Below, piece by piece: positions 1-9,478 of a stretch of DNA of 64,000 nucleotides (its first letter is position 1; the number at the start of each line of letters is the position of its first letter). Both the position numbers and the translations under genes were made by a program. Origin of the DNA: Candidatus Marinacidobacterales bacterium (GTDB taxonomy: Bacteria > Acidobacteriota > Vicinamibacteria > Marinacidobacterales > DATDRI01); assembly GCA_965226495.1 (NCBI GenBank), contig OZ245365.1, positions 1,376,001 to 1,440,000 of the forward strand, given 5' to 3'. The notes under the pieces are model-generated. The model worked only from the letters and a program-made list of their open reading frames with translations. It had not been told where the DNA came from and did no database searches.

Positions 1-30
1 CGAAATCGATTTCAATAGCTTGTTAAACAT
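1..30 (-). CDS. 5' end of a gene running off the left edge (MFNKLLKSIS...)
   Basis: ATG at 30 on the minus strand preceded by a GGAGGAG RBS; TTGACA near 222-227 on the minus strand; only 10 codons visible. Confidence 0.35.
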   Translation of the reverse strand, partial: MFNKLLKSIS

Positions 31-245
31 TTCTCCTCCCCCCTCAAGACCAATATAACAACGCTCTTTTCTTGGTCTTGAGACGACTTAGAGTTGGGAG
101 GAACGTGCTTCGATGAAGTTTTCGTCTCGAAGCTTCTAGGCGTTGACTAGGGCGTCAACGTACGCGTCAGTGATGGTACCGCGAAGGCACTCGTAAGGTC
201 TACAAAACCTGTTGTGGAATCTTGTCAAGAGAAAATTTCACTTTT

Positions 246-2576
246 TTACTCGAGCCCCATTCGTTTCAGGATCTCCTCGAACTTTGGGTCTCCTTTCAGG
301 GATTCGCCTACTGGGGTCCAACGGAGAAAGAGAAACTCGCCGCCGCGCTCGGCATCGGCTTTCTCGAGCCACTCGTAAAGCTTCTCGCGCTCGCCGAGCC
401 CGGCGTACAAGCGCACCATCTCCAACGGCGCCAGGTAGCGGCGCTCGGAGGGATCTTGTAGTCGTCGGAGAATCTCTCTCGCCTCGTCCTCTCGACCCGA
501 TCGAGCGTAGGCGTACCCCAGGTCTCCCATCCCGAGCCCGCCGTCGGAGAGCTCGATGGCTTTCTGGTACTCGGCAATCGCCTCCTCATACTGGGCGTTT
601 TTTTCGAAAGCCTGGCCGAGGTAGCGGTGCCCTTGAACGTAGTTGGGATCGAGCTCCACTGATCGGCGTAACTGCTCGATGGCTTCTTCGACCCAGCCAG
701 CATTGACGAGGCTCCAGCCGACACCCATTCTGAAGAAAGGCGACAACGGGTCGAACGTGAGCGTGCGGCGTATGGTACGAATGGACTCGTCGTGTCTTCC
801 CGTTGATGTCAGGAGAACCCCATACCAAAAATGTGCCGCCGCGTAATCCGGGTCGAGCTCGAGGGCCTTCTGGAAGGCTTCTTCCGCTTCGCGCCATCGA
901 CGCTCGTTGAGCTCGATCCAGCCAAGCGAAGTGTAGGCTTCGGCCAGCGAGTCATCGAGATCGAGAGACTTCAGAGCGGCCTCGCGAGCCTGTCGATAAG
1001 CCTCGGCCGGAGGTAAGTAGGTGTAATGCCCGAGCAAACTCAAGCCGTCAGCTAGCCCCGCGTAGGCTAGCGCGTAGCTCGGATCTTTGTCGATGGACTC
1101 CCGAAAGTACTCGATAGCGAGCTCGAAGCCCTCCTCCGTGCGGGTCTGGATGTGATAGCTTCCCTGGAGGTAGGCCTGGTAAGCCTCGGCATCCTCCGTA
1201 TAGCGGCGCGACAATCGTCGCTCGTCTTCCGCAGTGAGCCGGCCAAGAAGCTCTCTCGATATCTCCTTCGCCAGGTCTTCTTGAAGCACGAGAACGTCGG
1301 CCAGCTTGCGCGAGTACTGCTCGCTCCACACAAGGCTGCCATCGCGCGTATCGACCAGCTCCGCAGTGAGGGAAAGATCGTCGCCCCGCTGCACGACGCG
1401 GCCGAGGACCACGGCATCCACTTCGAGCTCGGCGCCCACCGTTTCGGGATCGATCGCCTTGCCCTTGTAGCGGAAGGCGGAGCTCCGGGAAATCACTTTC
1501 ACGTTCGGAAGCTGCGACAAACTGACAATGATGCTTCCTGTAATCCCGTCGCTCAGATACTCCGAGTCCGGGTTCGCGCTTCCGTTCTCGAAAGGAAGGA
1601 CCGCGACAGAGTCGATGCCATCGGACGGCAGAAAACGGTACACACCGAGGACAGCCAAAACGACGACGGCGGCTGTCCCGAGCCACAGGGGTAGTGGGCT
1701 TTTCTTCCGCGAGACGCGTTGCACCGACGGGCTCGACCCGCTCTCGCGCCTCAAGTCCTTGAGGTTCACCAAGAGCTCGTGGGCCTCTTGGTGCCGGTTC
1801 GCCGGATCCTTAGCCAGACATTTGTCTAGAAACTGCTGGAGGTCGGACTCCGCATCCTCAAGCCGAGGCGCTGGCTCTCTGAGAATGCCGTGGAGGGTGT
1901 CGACGTTGGTTGCGCCTTGGAAGGGATGTTCTCCGGTGAGCATCTCGTAGAGAACCACTCCGAAGCTAAAGACGTCACTACGGTGGTCGACCGAAGCGCC
2001 TCCGGCCTGCTCGGGAGACATGTAGGAAATGGTACCCAGCATCTGGCCAGATTGCGTTTCTCCGCGAAGCGCGGTCGCTACATCGCTGCCCACCGGTGCG
2101 AGCGGCTCTAGGAGCTTCGCGAGTCCGAAATCGATAATCTTTGGGTGGCCGTCCTCGCTGATCATAATGTTGGCGGGCTTGAGGTCTCTATGAACGATGC
2201 CCTTCTCATGGGCACGAGTAAGCCCTTCCGCGACTTCAACGGCGATGTCAAAAACCCGCGCGGTGGACAGGCGCTCCGTGGCGATTAGATCTCCCAGCTT
2301 TTCACCCTCTATCAATTCCATCGCGATGAAGGTCGTGCCATCTGATTCGTCGATCCCGTAAACGACTGCGATGTTCGGGTGTTTGAGTGAAGCGGCCGCT
2401 TGGGCTTCTTGGACGAAACGGCGCTTGCGTTCCTGGTCGGCTACGAGCTCGGGCGGAAGTACTTTGATCGCCACTTCACGGTTTAGTTTGGTATCGAGCG
2501 CACGGTAGACGATCCCCATGCCGCCGCGGCTGATTTCTTCGAGAACTTTGTAGTGGGAGAGTGTCCGCCCGACCAT
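246..2576 (-). CDS. Hanks-type Ser/Thr protein kinase with TM helix, TolB-like/adenylate-cyclase-associated domain and TPR repeats
   Basis: GGMGIVY, VAIK, HRDLKPAN, DFGLAK, YMSPEQ; SVAVLPFEN...YLSDG domain; TPR-like helices; start moved to MVGRTLSHY with AAGGAG RBS. Confidence 0.93.
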   Translation of the reverse strand: MVGRTLSHYKVLEEISRGGMGIVYRALDTKLNREVAIKVLPPELVADQERKRRFVQEAQAAASLKHPNIAVVYGIDESDGTTFIAMELIEGEKLGDLIATERLSTARVFDIAVEVAEGLTRAHEKGIVHRDLKPANIMISEDGHPKIIDFGLAKLLEPLAPVGSDVATALRGETQSGQMLGTISYMSPEQAGGASVDHRSDVFSFGVVLYEMLTGEHPFQGATNVDTLHGILREPAPRLEDAESDLQQFLDKCLAKDPANRHQEAHELLVNLKDLRRESGSSPSVQRVSRKKSPLPLWLGTAAVVVLAVLGVYRFLPSDGIDSVAVLPFENGSANPDSEYLSDGITGSIIVSLSQLPNVKVISRSSAFRYKGKAIDPETVGAELEVDAVVLGRVVQRGDDLSLTAELVDTRDGSLVWSEQYSRKLADVLVLQEDLAKEISRELLGRLTAEDERRLSRRYTEDAEAYQAYLQGSYHIQTRTEEGFELAIEYFRESIDKDPSYALAYAGLADGLSLLGHYTYLPPAEAYRQAREAALKSLDLDDSLAEAYTSLGWIELNERRWREAEEAFQKALELDPDYAAAHFWYGVLLTSTGRHDESIRTIRRTLTFDPLSPFFRMGVGWSLVNAGWVEEAIEQLRRSVELDPNYVQGHRYLGQAFEKNAQYEEAIAEYQKAIELSDGGLGMGDLGYAYARSGREDEAREILRRLQDPSERRYLAPLEMVRLYAGLGEREKLYEWLEKADAERGGEFLFLRWTPVGESLKGDPKFEEILKRMGLE

Positions 2577-2716
2577 CGAAGGGCTCCTTGTTGCGTGAAA
2601 ATAGCCCCGCACAGACTGAAAAGTCAATGGGGCGTTGGGTTACTCAGCCCCAAAGGGTGAATAGCTAAGTCGCTGAAGGTAAGCGAGTCTAGCCCGGAAC
2701 CGCCATTCACAAGGAT

Positions 2717-4372
2717 TCAAGCTTCATGTACCCACTGGCCATCGACCATCGTGCGTTCGACCGGTACGTCGATGAGCGTCGATGGATCGACTCGGGTCGG
2801 ATCCTGGCCGAGGACGACGAGGTCTGCCAGCTTGCCGGATTCGATGGAGCCCTTTTCGTTCTCTTCGTAGGAAGCGTAGGCGCCGTGGAGCGTCCCGACG
2901 CGGATGGCCTCCATCACGCTGACCTTCTGTCGCGCGCCCCATACGTTGCCTCGACTGTCGGTGCGGGTCACGCTCGATTGCAGCGCCATCATCGGCTCGA
3001 ATGGGCCGGGAGGATAATCAGACGTCTGCGTCACTTTGATGCCGGCATCGAGAAAGCTACGAACGGCGAACATTCTCTCCAGCCGCTCGGCCCCGTAATA
3101 AACCATCTTTTCGCCGTGGTAGTAGACGTATGTCGAGAACGGGTTCGGTATGGCGCCAAGCGCTTTGATGCGCCGGACGAGGTCTTCGTTGATGAGCGTG
3201 CAGTGCTCGAGCCGGAAGCGAGGATCGTGGCGCGGAAGCTCTTCCTGGAGCTTTTCGTAGACGCGCAGAGTGATGTCGATGCCGACGTCGCCGTTCGCAT
3301 GGACGCCCAACTGCCACCCGGCCTCGTGCGCTTTGCGCGCCCGCTGGAACAGATCCTCTTCCTGGGTCACGATGATGCCGTAGTCGTCGGGCCGCCCCAC
3401 GAAAGGCTCGCTCAGGCGCGCGGTCCTCTCTGAGATAGACCCATCGCATATCAGCTTGACCGGTCCGACCTTGACCCACTCGTCCCCGAGCCCCGTACGA
3501 ATGCCCGCCTCGAGCATCTTGTCGAGATACTGATAATCGATCAGCGCGTAGACCCGGAGCGCCAACTCAGAGGCGTCGCGCGCATCCTGGTAAGCCATCA
3601 GGTCGTCGGGCGTGCCGAACGCATCGTGGGCCGAGGTCACGCCGGAAGCCGCCATCATCCGGGAGATGAGCTTGACACCCTTTCGAGCGTCCTCGCGTGT
3701 GAAATCCGACGGCAGAGCTTCTATCACGGCGAACGCCGCGGATTCCTCGAGCTTGCCGTTCAAACGCCCGTCCGCGTCACGACCCAGGTGCCCACCGGGG
3801 GGATCGACTGCATCTTCGCGGAAACCCACTTTTTCCAACGCGAGCGAGTTCAGGTACGCCGTATGGCCTCCGCGGTGCTCGATCAAGACGGGATGCTCCG
3901 GTGCCACCTCGTCCAGGTCGGCGCGCGTCAGTGGACGGCCTTCGGCGGTCTTCGTGTCGTCGTACTTGAACCCAGCCACCCACTTCCCGGCCGGCGTTTC
4001 CTCGGCATAAGTACGAATCGCGCCTTTGATCGCCTCGATGGAACGCAAATCGCAGTCTATGCGCGTCAAATGGCGTATGCCCGAATAGCCCAGGTGAGTA
4101 TGAGCGTCGATGAAACCTGGAACAACGGTCTTCCCCTCTAAATCGATACGCCTCGTCCGCGCGGTGGCCAGATTGAGCACGTCGTCGTCCGAGCCAACGG
4201 CGAGGAACCGGCCTCGAACAATCGCGACGGCCTGCGCCTTCGGCTGCCTGTCGTCAATAGTAATAATGTTGCCGTTGTGCAGGATGAGCTCGGCTTCGGT
4301 GTGCTCGAACGGAAACAGACCGAGCGCGCCGACGCTTGCCAGAAACTCTCGCCGGTTTGGATAGTGCATCAC
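2717..4372 (-). CDS. Amidohydrolase family 3 (YtcJ-like), probable Tat substrate
   Basis: PGFIDAHTH, HANGD, RLEHC, TSDYP, GKLADLVVL; N-terminal NRREFL twin-arginine motif. Confidence 0.9.
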   Translation of the reverse strand: MMHYPNRREFLASVGALGLFPFEHTEAELILHNGNIITIDDRQPKAQAVAIVRGRFLAVGSDDDVLNLATARTRRIDLEGKTVVPGFIDAHTHLGYSGIRHLTRIDCDLRSIEAIKGAIRTYAEETPAGKWVAGFKYDDTKTAEGRPLTRADLDEVAPEHPVLIEHRGGHTAYLNSLALEKVGFREDAVDPPGGHLGRDADGRLNGKLEESAAFAVIEALPSDFTREDARKGVKLISRMMAASGVTSAHDAFGTPDDLMAYQDARDASELALRVYALIDYQYLDKMLEAGIRTGLGDEWVKVGPVKLICDGSISERTARLSEPFVGRPDDYGIIVTQEEDLFQRARKAHEAGWQLGVHANGDVGIDITLRVYEKLQEELPRHDPRFRLEHCTLINEDLVRRIKALGAIPNPFSTYVYYHGEKMVYYGAERLERMFAVRSFLDAGIKVTQTSDYPPGPFEPMMALQSSVTRTDSRGNVWGARQKVSVMEAIRVGTLHGAYASYEENEKGSIESGKLADLVVLGQDPTRVDPSTLIDVPVERTMVDGQWVHEA

Positions 4373-4439
4373 CGTCTCCGTTCATTCCCACGAAGGGTTC
4401 CGATGCGGACGATTGAGCCTAGTGGGCCAGCCATCAGAC

Positions 4440-7106
4440 TCATGATTCGAGCCCGGCTGCCCAGTTGACGACCACCGTTAGGCGCGATTGAGCTGCCTCG
4501 GCCGCCGGGGCCACGATAAGAAATCGCTCGCCGTCGGCAGTCACATCATAAACCTGCCGAGAGCCCGCCCAAGCTGTACCGGTAGCGAGCGACCGGAAGA
4601 GGACCTTGGGGGCCGTTGGTGCGAACGTCCCGGCTCCCCCGATTTCCACCGCCATCATGCTGTTGTCTGGGGCCAGGTAGAAAAGCTCCTTGCCATCCCC
4701 TCTCCACCTGGGATCGGTACCGCCGTTCGAGGACACCTGCCATTTTCCGGCAGAGCCGGGGGCGACTCCCTTCGACGCGAGCGGGATGGAGCGTACCCAA
4801 ACCTCCCACTGACCGGACTCGTCCGACGTGTAGGCTATCCAGTTTGCGTCGGGCGAGAATTCGGCGGCACCTCCTCGGAATTCCGGTGGTACGATGGATT
4901 CTGGCTCTTCTTCGCCTTCGATGGACCAAAGAAACAGACCTCCAGCTCCTCCATACACGACGAGCCGACCGTCGGATGACCAATCGTGAACGAAGATGGG
5001 CGAGTCCGTGCAGTGAAGCAAATTCGACTCGTCGGTTCCCGACGCATCCCTTGTAAAAAGACACGAAACACCTCCCGGATCGGAGCTGAATAGAACTTCT
5101 CTCCCGTCCGGGGACCAGACTGGACACCAGTCGTTCGAAGCACCGAGGGTGAATCTGGAGGGGATTCCCTGGGAGACTTCCATGAGATAAAGATCCCGGT
5201 TTCCAGTCCTTGGGTCCGGTTGACTGACGGCGATCCGCTTTCCGTCCCGGGAGATGCGTGGCTGGATGTATTCACCAGTCGGGCCGACCCTCCCGAGCTG
5301 CTCACCTTTTCGATTGAACCACCCCAACTGGCGGTCGGCAGTGCTACCTTCGACAAAAGTCAGGATGCGGCCGTTGGTGGAAACCCCAAAACGTGCCGAT
5401 GCGCTCGTGGCGGTGTAACTCACGCCCTCAGCGACCAAATGGGGGTTGCCACTGAGCAGATGTGTGTCGGCGTCGAAAGGTTGCGCCAAGAGTGTCCCGT
5501 CGCGCACGAAAAGCAGGTGGCCCGGTGGCGAGTAGAACGCATTCGTTTGCGCCGTCATGACGCGTTTGACGTCGTTGGAGTCGAGTGATCCCACGTAAAT
5601 CGCCGTGTGCTCGGGCTGACTCGACCGAGCAAGGTAGAGGAAGTGACGGCCGTCGGGAAGAAACTGCGGATGCCGATGAGAGTTCTCTCCGCGCGACGTA
5701 TCGAGAGTGGTGATGGGCTCGGAAACGCCGCCCGCGGCCGATATTCGATGGAGCGGACGCCGGTTGCCATTGGCGAAGACGATGTCCCCGTCACGGTTCC
5801 ACGTCCCGCCAAGGTCACCGGCATCTCCGATCGTTTCTATAGGTCCTCCATTGGCCGCAATCTTCTTGAGTTCGCCACCGGCGAAAAAACCGATGAAATT
5901 GCCCTCGGGCGACCAGAACGGACGGGTGGCACCTTCAGTTCCAGGAAGCGCTCGGACCGCCAGTGAATCCAGGACTCGAATCCAGAGAACCCGGCTGCCC
6001 GCGTCGTCCTGGCCGGTGAAGGCTACTCTCGTGCCGTCAGGTGATAGCGCTGGAATGCCGCCCCACCCAACGGTCTCCGGCCCCGGTCTATCTATTTGGA
6101 ACCGGATGAGCTCGTCTCGGTTTCGAGGAAAATGGCTGACGACGGCGAGCAAGCTTGCCACGAGTAACGCCGATAGAGCCCATGCGCTCCGCTCGCGGAT
6201 TCTACTTCCTTGGTCACCTCGGGCCCTTGGCTCCTCGTGAGACTCTAGATCACCGGAGTCCAGCTCTTCCTTCAGTGCCTCCAAGTCGTTGCGGATATCC
6301 AAGGCGTTCTGGTATCGGCGGGCGGGCTCCTTCGCCAAACATTTCCGGATGATCCGCGCGAGCTGTCTGGGCTTGTTGGGCGCAAAGTCGCTAACCGGCG
6401 GCGGGTCTTGTCTGAGGATGGATGAAAGGACCGCGGCAGGTGAATCTCCGCGAAAGGGCCGCTCACCGGTCACCAGCTCGAAGAGTACGATCCCCAAGGA
6501 GAAGTTGTCCGAGCGCTTGTCGACGGACTTGCCTTCCGCCTGCTCGGGAGACATGTAGGCCACCGTCCCAACGATGACGCCCTCCCGGGTCTGCAATTGT
6601 GTAGGTAGCTCGCTCCTTTCGGGTCCGGCGACCTCTTGCCTCCATTTGGCCAAACCGAAGTCGAGAATCTTGAGCCGCCCCTCGTCGTCCCGCATGAGGT
6701 TGTCCGGCTTCAGATCCCGGTGAACGACCCCTCGTTGGTGAGCAGAGCTCACGCCATCGGCAAGGGGAATCGCGATCTTGAAAAACTCATTCAGTGGCAG
6801 ACCGTTCTTCGGGATGGATTTGGAGAGGGCCTCCCCCAGCACCAACTCCATGGTAATGAAGTGGACGCCTTCCGCTTCCTCGACAGAGAAAACGGTCACG
6901 ATGTTGGGATGGTTCAGCGCCGCGAGGGCCTTGGCCTCTCGCCTGAAACGCTCCCGACGTTCCTCGCTCTCGGCTAAGTCAGGAGGTAAAACCTTGAGGG
7001 CAATCTTCCGGCCTAGCTCGGTGTCCTCCGCGAGGTAAACCTCTCCCATGCCGCCGCTTCCGAGCTTGTCCACGATCTTGTAGTGGGCAAGGGTTCGGCC
7101 AATCAT
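4440..7106 (-). CDS. Ser/Thr protein kinase with C-terminal PD40/TolB-like beta-propellers
   Basis: GSGGMGEVY, HRDLKPDN, DFGLAK, YMSPEQ; repeated SPDG/WSPDG motifs. Confidence 0.93.
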   Translation of the reverse strand: MIGRTLAHYKIVDKLGSGGMGEVYLAEDTELGRKIALKVLPPDLAESEERRERFRREAKALAALNHPNIVTVFSVEEAEGVHFITMELVLGEALSKSIPKNGLPLNEFFKIAIPLADGVSSAHQRGVVHRDLKPDNLMRDDEGRLKILDFGLAKWRQEVAGPERSELPTQLQTREGVIVGTVAYMSPEQAEGKSVDKRSDNFSLGIVLFELVTGERPFRGDSPAAVLSSILRQDPPPVSDFAPNKPRQLARIIRKCLAKEPARRYQNALDIRNDLEALKEELDSGDLESHEEPRARGDQGSRIRERSAWALSALLVASLLAVVSHFPRNRDELIRFQIDRPGPETVGWGGIPALSPDGTRVAFTGQDDAGSRVLWIRVLDSLAVRALPGTEGATRPFWSPEGNFIGFFAGGELKKIAANGGPIETIGDAGDLGGTWNRDGDIVFANGNRRPLHRISAAGGVSEPITTLDTSRGENSHRHPQFLPDGRHFLYLARSSQPEHTAIYVGSLDSNDVKRVMTAQTNAFYSPPGHLLFVRDGTLLAQPFDADTHLLSGNPHLVAEGVSYTATSASARFGVSTNGRILTFVEGSTADRQLGWFNRKGEQLGRVGPTGEYIQPRISRDGKRIAVSQPDPRTGNRDLYLMEVSQGIPSRFTLGASNDWCPVWSPDGREVLFSSDPGGVSCLFTRDASGTDESNLLHCTDSPIFVHDWSSDGRLVVYGGAGGLFLWSIEGEEEPESIVPPEFRGGAAEFSPDANWIAYTSDESGQWEVWVRSIPLASKGVAPGSAGKWQVSSNGGTDPRWRGDGKELFYLAPDNSMMAVEIGGAGTFAPTAPKVLFRSLATGTAWAGSRQVYDVTADGERFLIVAPAAEAAQSRLTVVVNWAAGLES

Positions 7107-7297
7107 GCAGAGTTCCTGTTTGGCGAGACAAAGTTATTCCAGTGGGCCCGGAATGTAAACCAGTGAAAGTCGCGTCGGCCCCGCCATTCATCGTACAACA
7201 CCGAAGCGGTGCTCCCATGTGTGCCGGGAGCCAGCGAGAATCTTGTCCAGGCGGGATTCGGGCCCACGGTAACGCCGGCCAGAGGTCGGCTTCGAGC

Positions 7298-7720
7298 CTA
7301 TCCGGGGTTTCGATTCTGGGCAGCAAGTCGAGTCACAACGCGCTCGACGATCGTTCTTTTATAGTGAGCCAGGTTCTGAGGTTGACCGCCTTTCGCCACG
7401 CTGTACCTCGCCGTTAGCGTGAGATTCTCTTCTTTGGGCTCTGATTGTATGAAGACACGGACCTGCGTTGGGTAAGGGTTGTCGTTATCTCCCGCCCACT
7501 CCCAGGTTACGGTGCCGGTGAGATCCGGTTGGCCCGATTGATTCAACGTGGCTCCGGCTGCAGCGAGCGCCTTTTCCAGGTTCGCGTTCAGGTCTTCGGC
7601 ATGGTCACCTTCTAACTGGATCTTGTTGATGGTAACTCCTGCAAGTTCTGTCGATGAACCACAATGAATGGATAGCCCTGCAAAAAGAAGAATGGTGAGA
7701 AAAAAGAACGCACGTTTCAT
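7298..7720 (-). CDS. Hypothetical lipoprotein
   Basis: Signal peptide MKRAFFFLTILLFAGLSIHC with Cys; AAGGAGG RBS. Confidence 0.65.
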   Translation of the reverse strand: MKRAFFFLTILLFAGLSIHCGSSTELAGVTINKIQLEGDHAEDLNANLEKALAAAGATLNQSGQPDLTGTVTWEWAGDNDNPYPTQVRVFIQSEPKEENLTLTARYSVAKGGQPQNLAHYKRTIVERVVTRLAAQNRNPG

Positions 7721-7781
7721 GAAAGCCTCCTTTCTCGAAGGGATGGCCCTGCCATCATAGACTACTAAGAGACAAATAGCA

Positions 7782-8467
7782 CTAAGGTGCGTCTCGAGTC
7801 ATGGCCCGGACATAGTTTTCTAACGTCAGCGGGGGCTCAGAGCGAAACGTCTCCTTGGTGGACGCGGTCTTCTCGATGCGATCGAGCCGGAAGTTTCTAA
7901 AGTCTTTGCGGAGCTCGCACCAGGCTCCGAGCGTCCACACATTACCCCAGAAATAGAGTCCTAGTGGGCAAACGACGCGACCGCTGGCAACGCCCTCCCG
8001 GTCTTTATAGTCGAGGTGTATCTTCGACCGGGCATCGATCGCCTTGCGCAAAGCCCCGACATTCGCTCGGACCTCTGGCGATACCCGGAACGACAGCGAG
8101 AAGAGTGCGGTATCGTGTACCTGGTGTCGTTTTGACGGAGGCAGGACCGCCTCCACTTTTGTAAGGACGCTACGGGCGGCTTGACGGAGCTCGGAGTCCC
8201 CCCAGCTTTCGACCATGCGTGCGCCGAGGACGAGAGCCTGAACTTCCTCGCCGTTGAACATCAGAGGTGGAAGGTCGAAGTCCTTGCCGAGACGGTACCC
8301 GACCCCGCCTCGCCGAGTATGGGCACACCGGAGGCGCCCAGATCACGGATGTCCCGATAGACGGTTCGCTCCGAGACCTCCAAGCGTTCAGCAAGCTGCG
8401 CCGCCGTCGTTAGCCGCCGACGGCGCAGCATCTGGACTATCTGAAAAAGCCGGTCAGCTCGCCGCAT
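7782..8467 (-). CDS. YafY-family HTH-WYL transcriptional regulator, split by a single-base deletion near 8303-8306
   Basis: N-terminal MRRADRLFQI...VSERTVYRDI wHTH; WTLGAWCELRKDFRNFRLDRI WYL domain; adding one G to the GGGG run restores GEAGVGYRLGKDFDLPPLMF. Confidence 0.85.
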
Positions 8468-8858
8468 CCTGGCGGGCATTGTCGGCCGGCACGTGAAAGA
8501 AATCCAGGAGGACGCCGTTGGGATCCTGGGTCAAAAAGCTCTTCCACCCCCACGGCTTGACCGCCGGCTGACTCATCAACTTCACACCGCGCTTCTCCAT
8601 GTCGGTGGCTTTCTTGTCTGCATCCGCGGTTGGAATGCTGATCAGAAGGCCCTTGCCGTTGAAGGCGGGCAGCTTACCGAGAGGGCCCTCCTGGGTCGTC
8701 AGGAAGGACAACTCGGGACCCGATTCGCCACCGTAGCGAACCGCAAGATAGTCAGGCATGTCGTGGATGATCTCGAAATCTGCCTTCTCAGCGTAGAACT
8801 CTTTGGTCTCGGCCAATTGGTCGGTAACGACCATGGGGAACAATTTCTTGGGATTCAT
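8454..8858 (-). CDS. VOC/glyoxalase/bleomycin-resistance family protein
   Basis: KEFY...GF-like start, KPWGWKSFLTQDPNGVLLDF; 3' end overlaps the WYL gene start, suggesting an operon. Confidence 0.85.
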   Translation of the reverse strand: MNPKKLFPMVVTDQLAETKEFYAEKADFEIIHDMPDYLAVRYGGESGPELSFLTTQEGPLGKLPAFNGKGLLISIPTADADKKATDMEKRGVKLMSQPAVKPWGWKSFLTQDPNGVLLDFFHVPADNARQDAAS

Positions 8859-8917
8859 CGATATCTCCAAAGGTTAGTGGCTCGGCCCATCCGAACCGAG
8901 GACATCCTAGAATCCCC

Positions 8918-8941
8918 CTCCTGACACCGTTCTGTCAGGAG
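8918..8941. promoter_or_regulatory. Perfect palindrome CTCCTGACA-N6-TGTCAGGAG, putative WYL regulator operator
   Basis: 9-6-9 inverted repeat 8 bp upstream of a minus-strand TAGGAT -10 (8904-8909) for the VOC-WYL operon; identical copy at 13081-13104. Confidence 0.65.
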
Positions 8942-9052
8942 TGTTTCAGGGCCGGTGAGCGTCCCCGTCCTCCGAAAGGGTATTGTGCTACCGCCGCTGG
9001 TGTGGCACTCTGAAGATGAGCTGTATCTGGACCGGCATGAGCCGAGGGACCC

Positions 9053-9358
9053 ATGGCCAAACCTAAATTCGACTCCGACAGCGACCGCAGCCGTTACAAA
9101 GAACGCCTCGAAGTCATCCAAACCCGCCTTAGTGCACGTTTTCAGTCTGTTACGCACAAATGGGACGCCGATTCGCAGACGGAGGTCTTTGCATTCTCCC
9201 AAAAGGATGAGAATTTCCGCCTGAATGTGCCCAGGGCGACGCTGGTCGATGAAAGTGTCGGCCTTTTCTATATCGAGTCCAGCGTCGATAGCGTGAAGGG
9301 CTCGAGCTGGAAGAGCATCCTACTAACGCCCACCGAGGGACTCGTTCCCCTCGAGTAG
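9053..9358 (+). CDS. Hypothetical 101-aa protein, paralog 1
   Basis: GAGGG RBS; 91/101 aa identical to 13218-13523, with many synonymous differences. Confidence 0.8.
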   Translation: MAKPKFDSDSDRSRYKERLEVIQTRLSARFQSVTHKWDADSQTEVFAFSQKDENFRLNVPRATLVDESVGLFYIESSVDSVKGSSWKSILLTPTEGLVPLE

Positions 9359-9478
9359 TCGCCCCAAGACGGCTCGCATCCGTCGCCCACCACAACTGCG
9401 GCCCGAGCGACGGAGCACCCCCAACTTGGTTATGCTATAGCTTCGTGACACTCCGTTAGCAGCACGGATAGGCTCCTC

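Larger units (their letters stand above)
8885..9358 (+). repeat. Diverged ~470-bp duplication, copy 1 (operator + 101-aa gene)
   Basis: Aligns with 13045-13523; similarity ends at the stop codon. Confidence 0.9.

Noticed and set aside
9003-9020. Sigma54 promoter (TGGCAC) upstream of the 101-aa genes
   Set aside because: The -12 TTGC element is missing in both copies.
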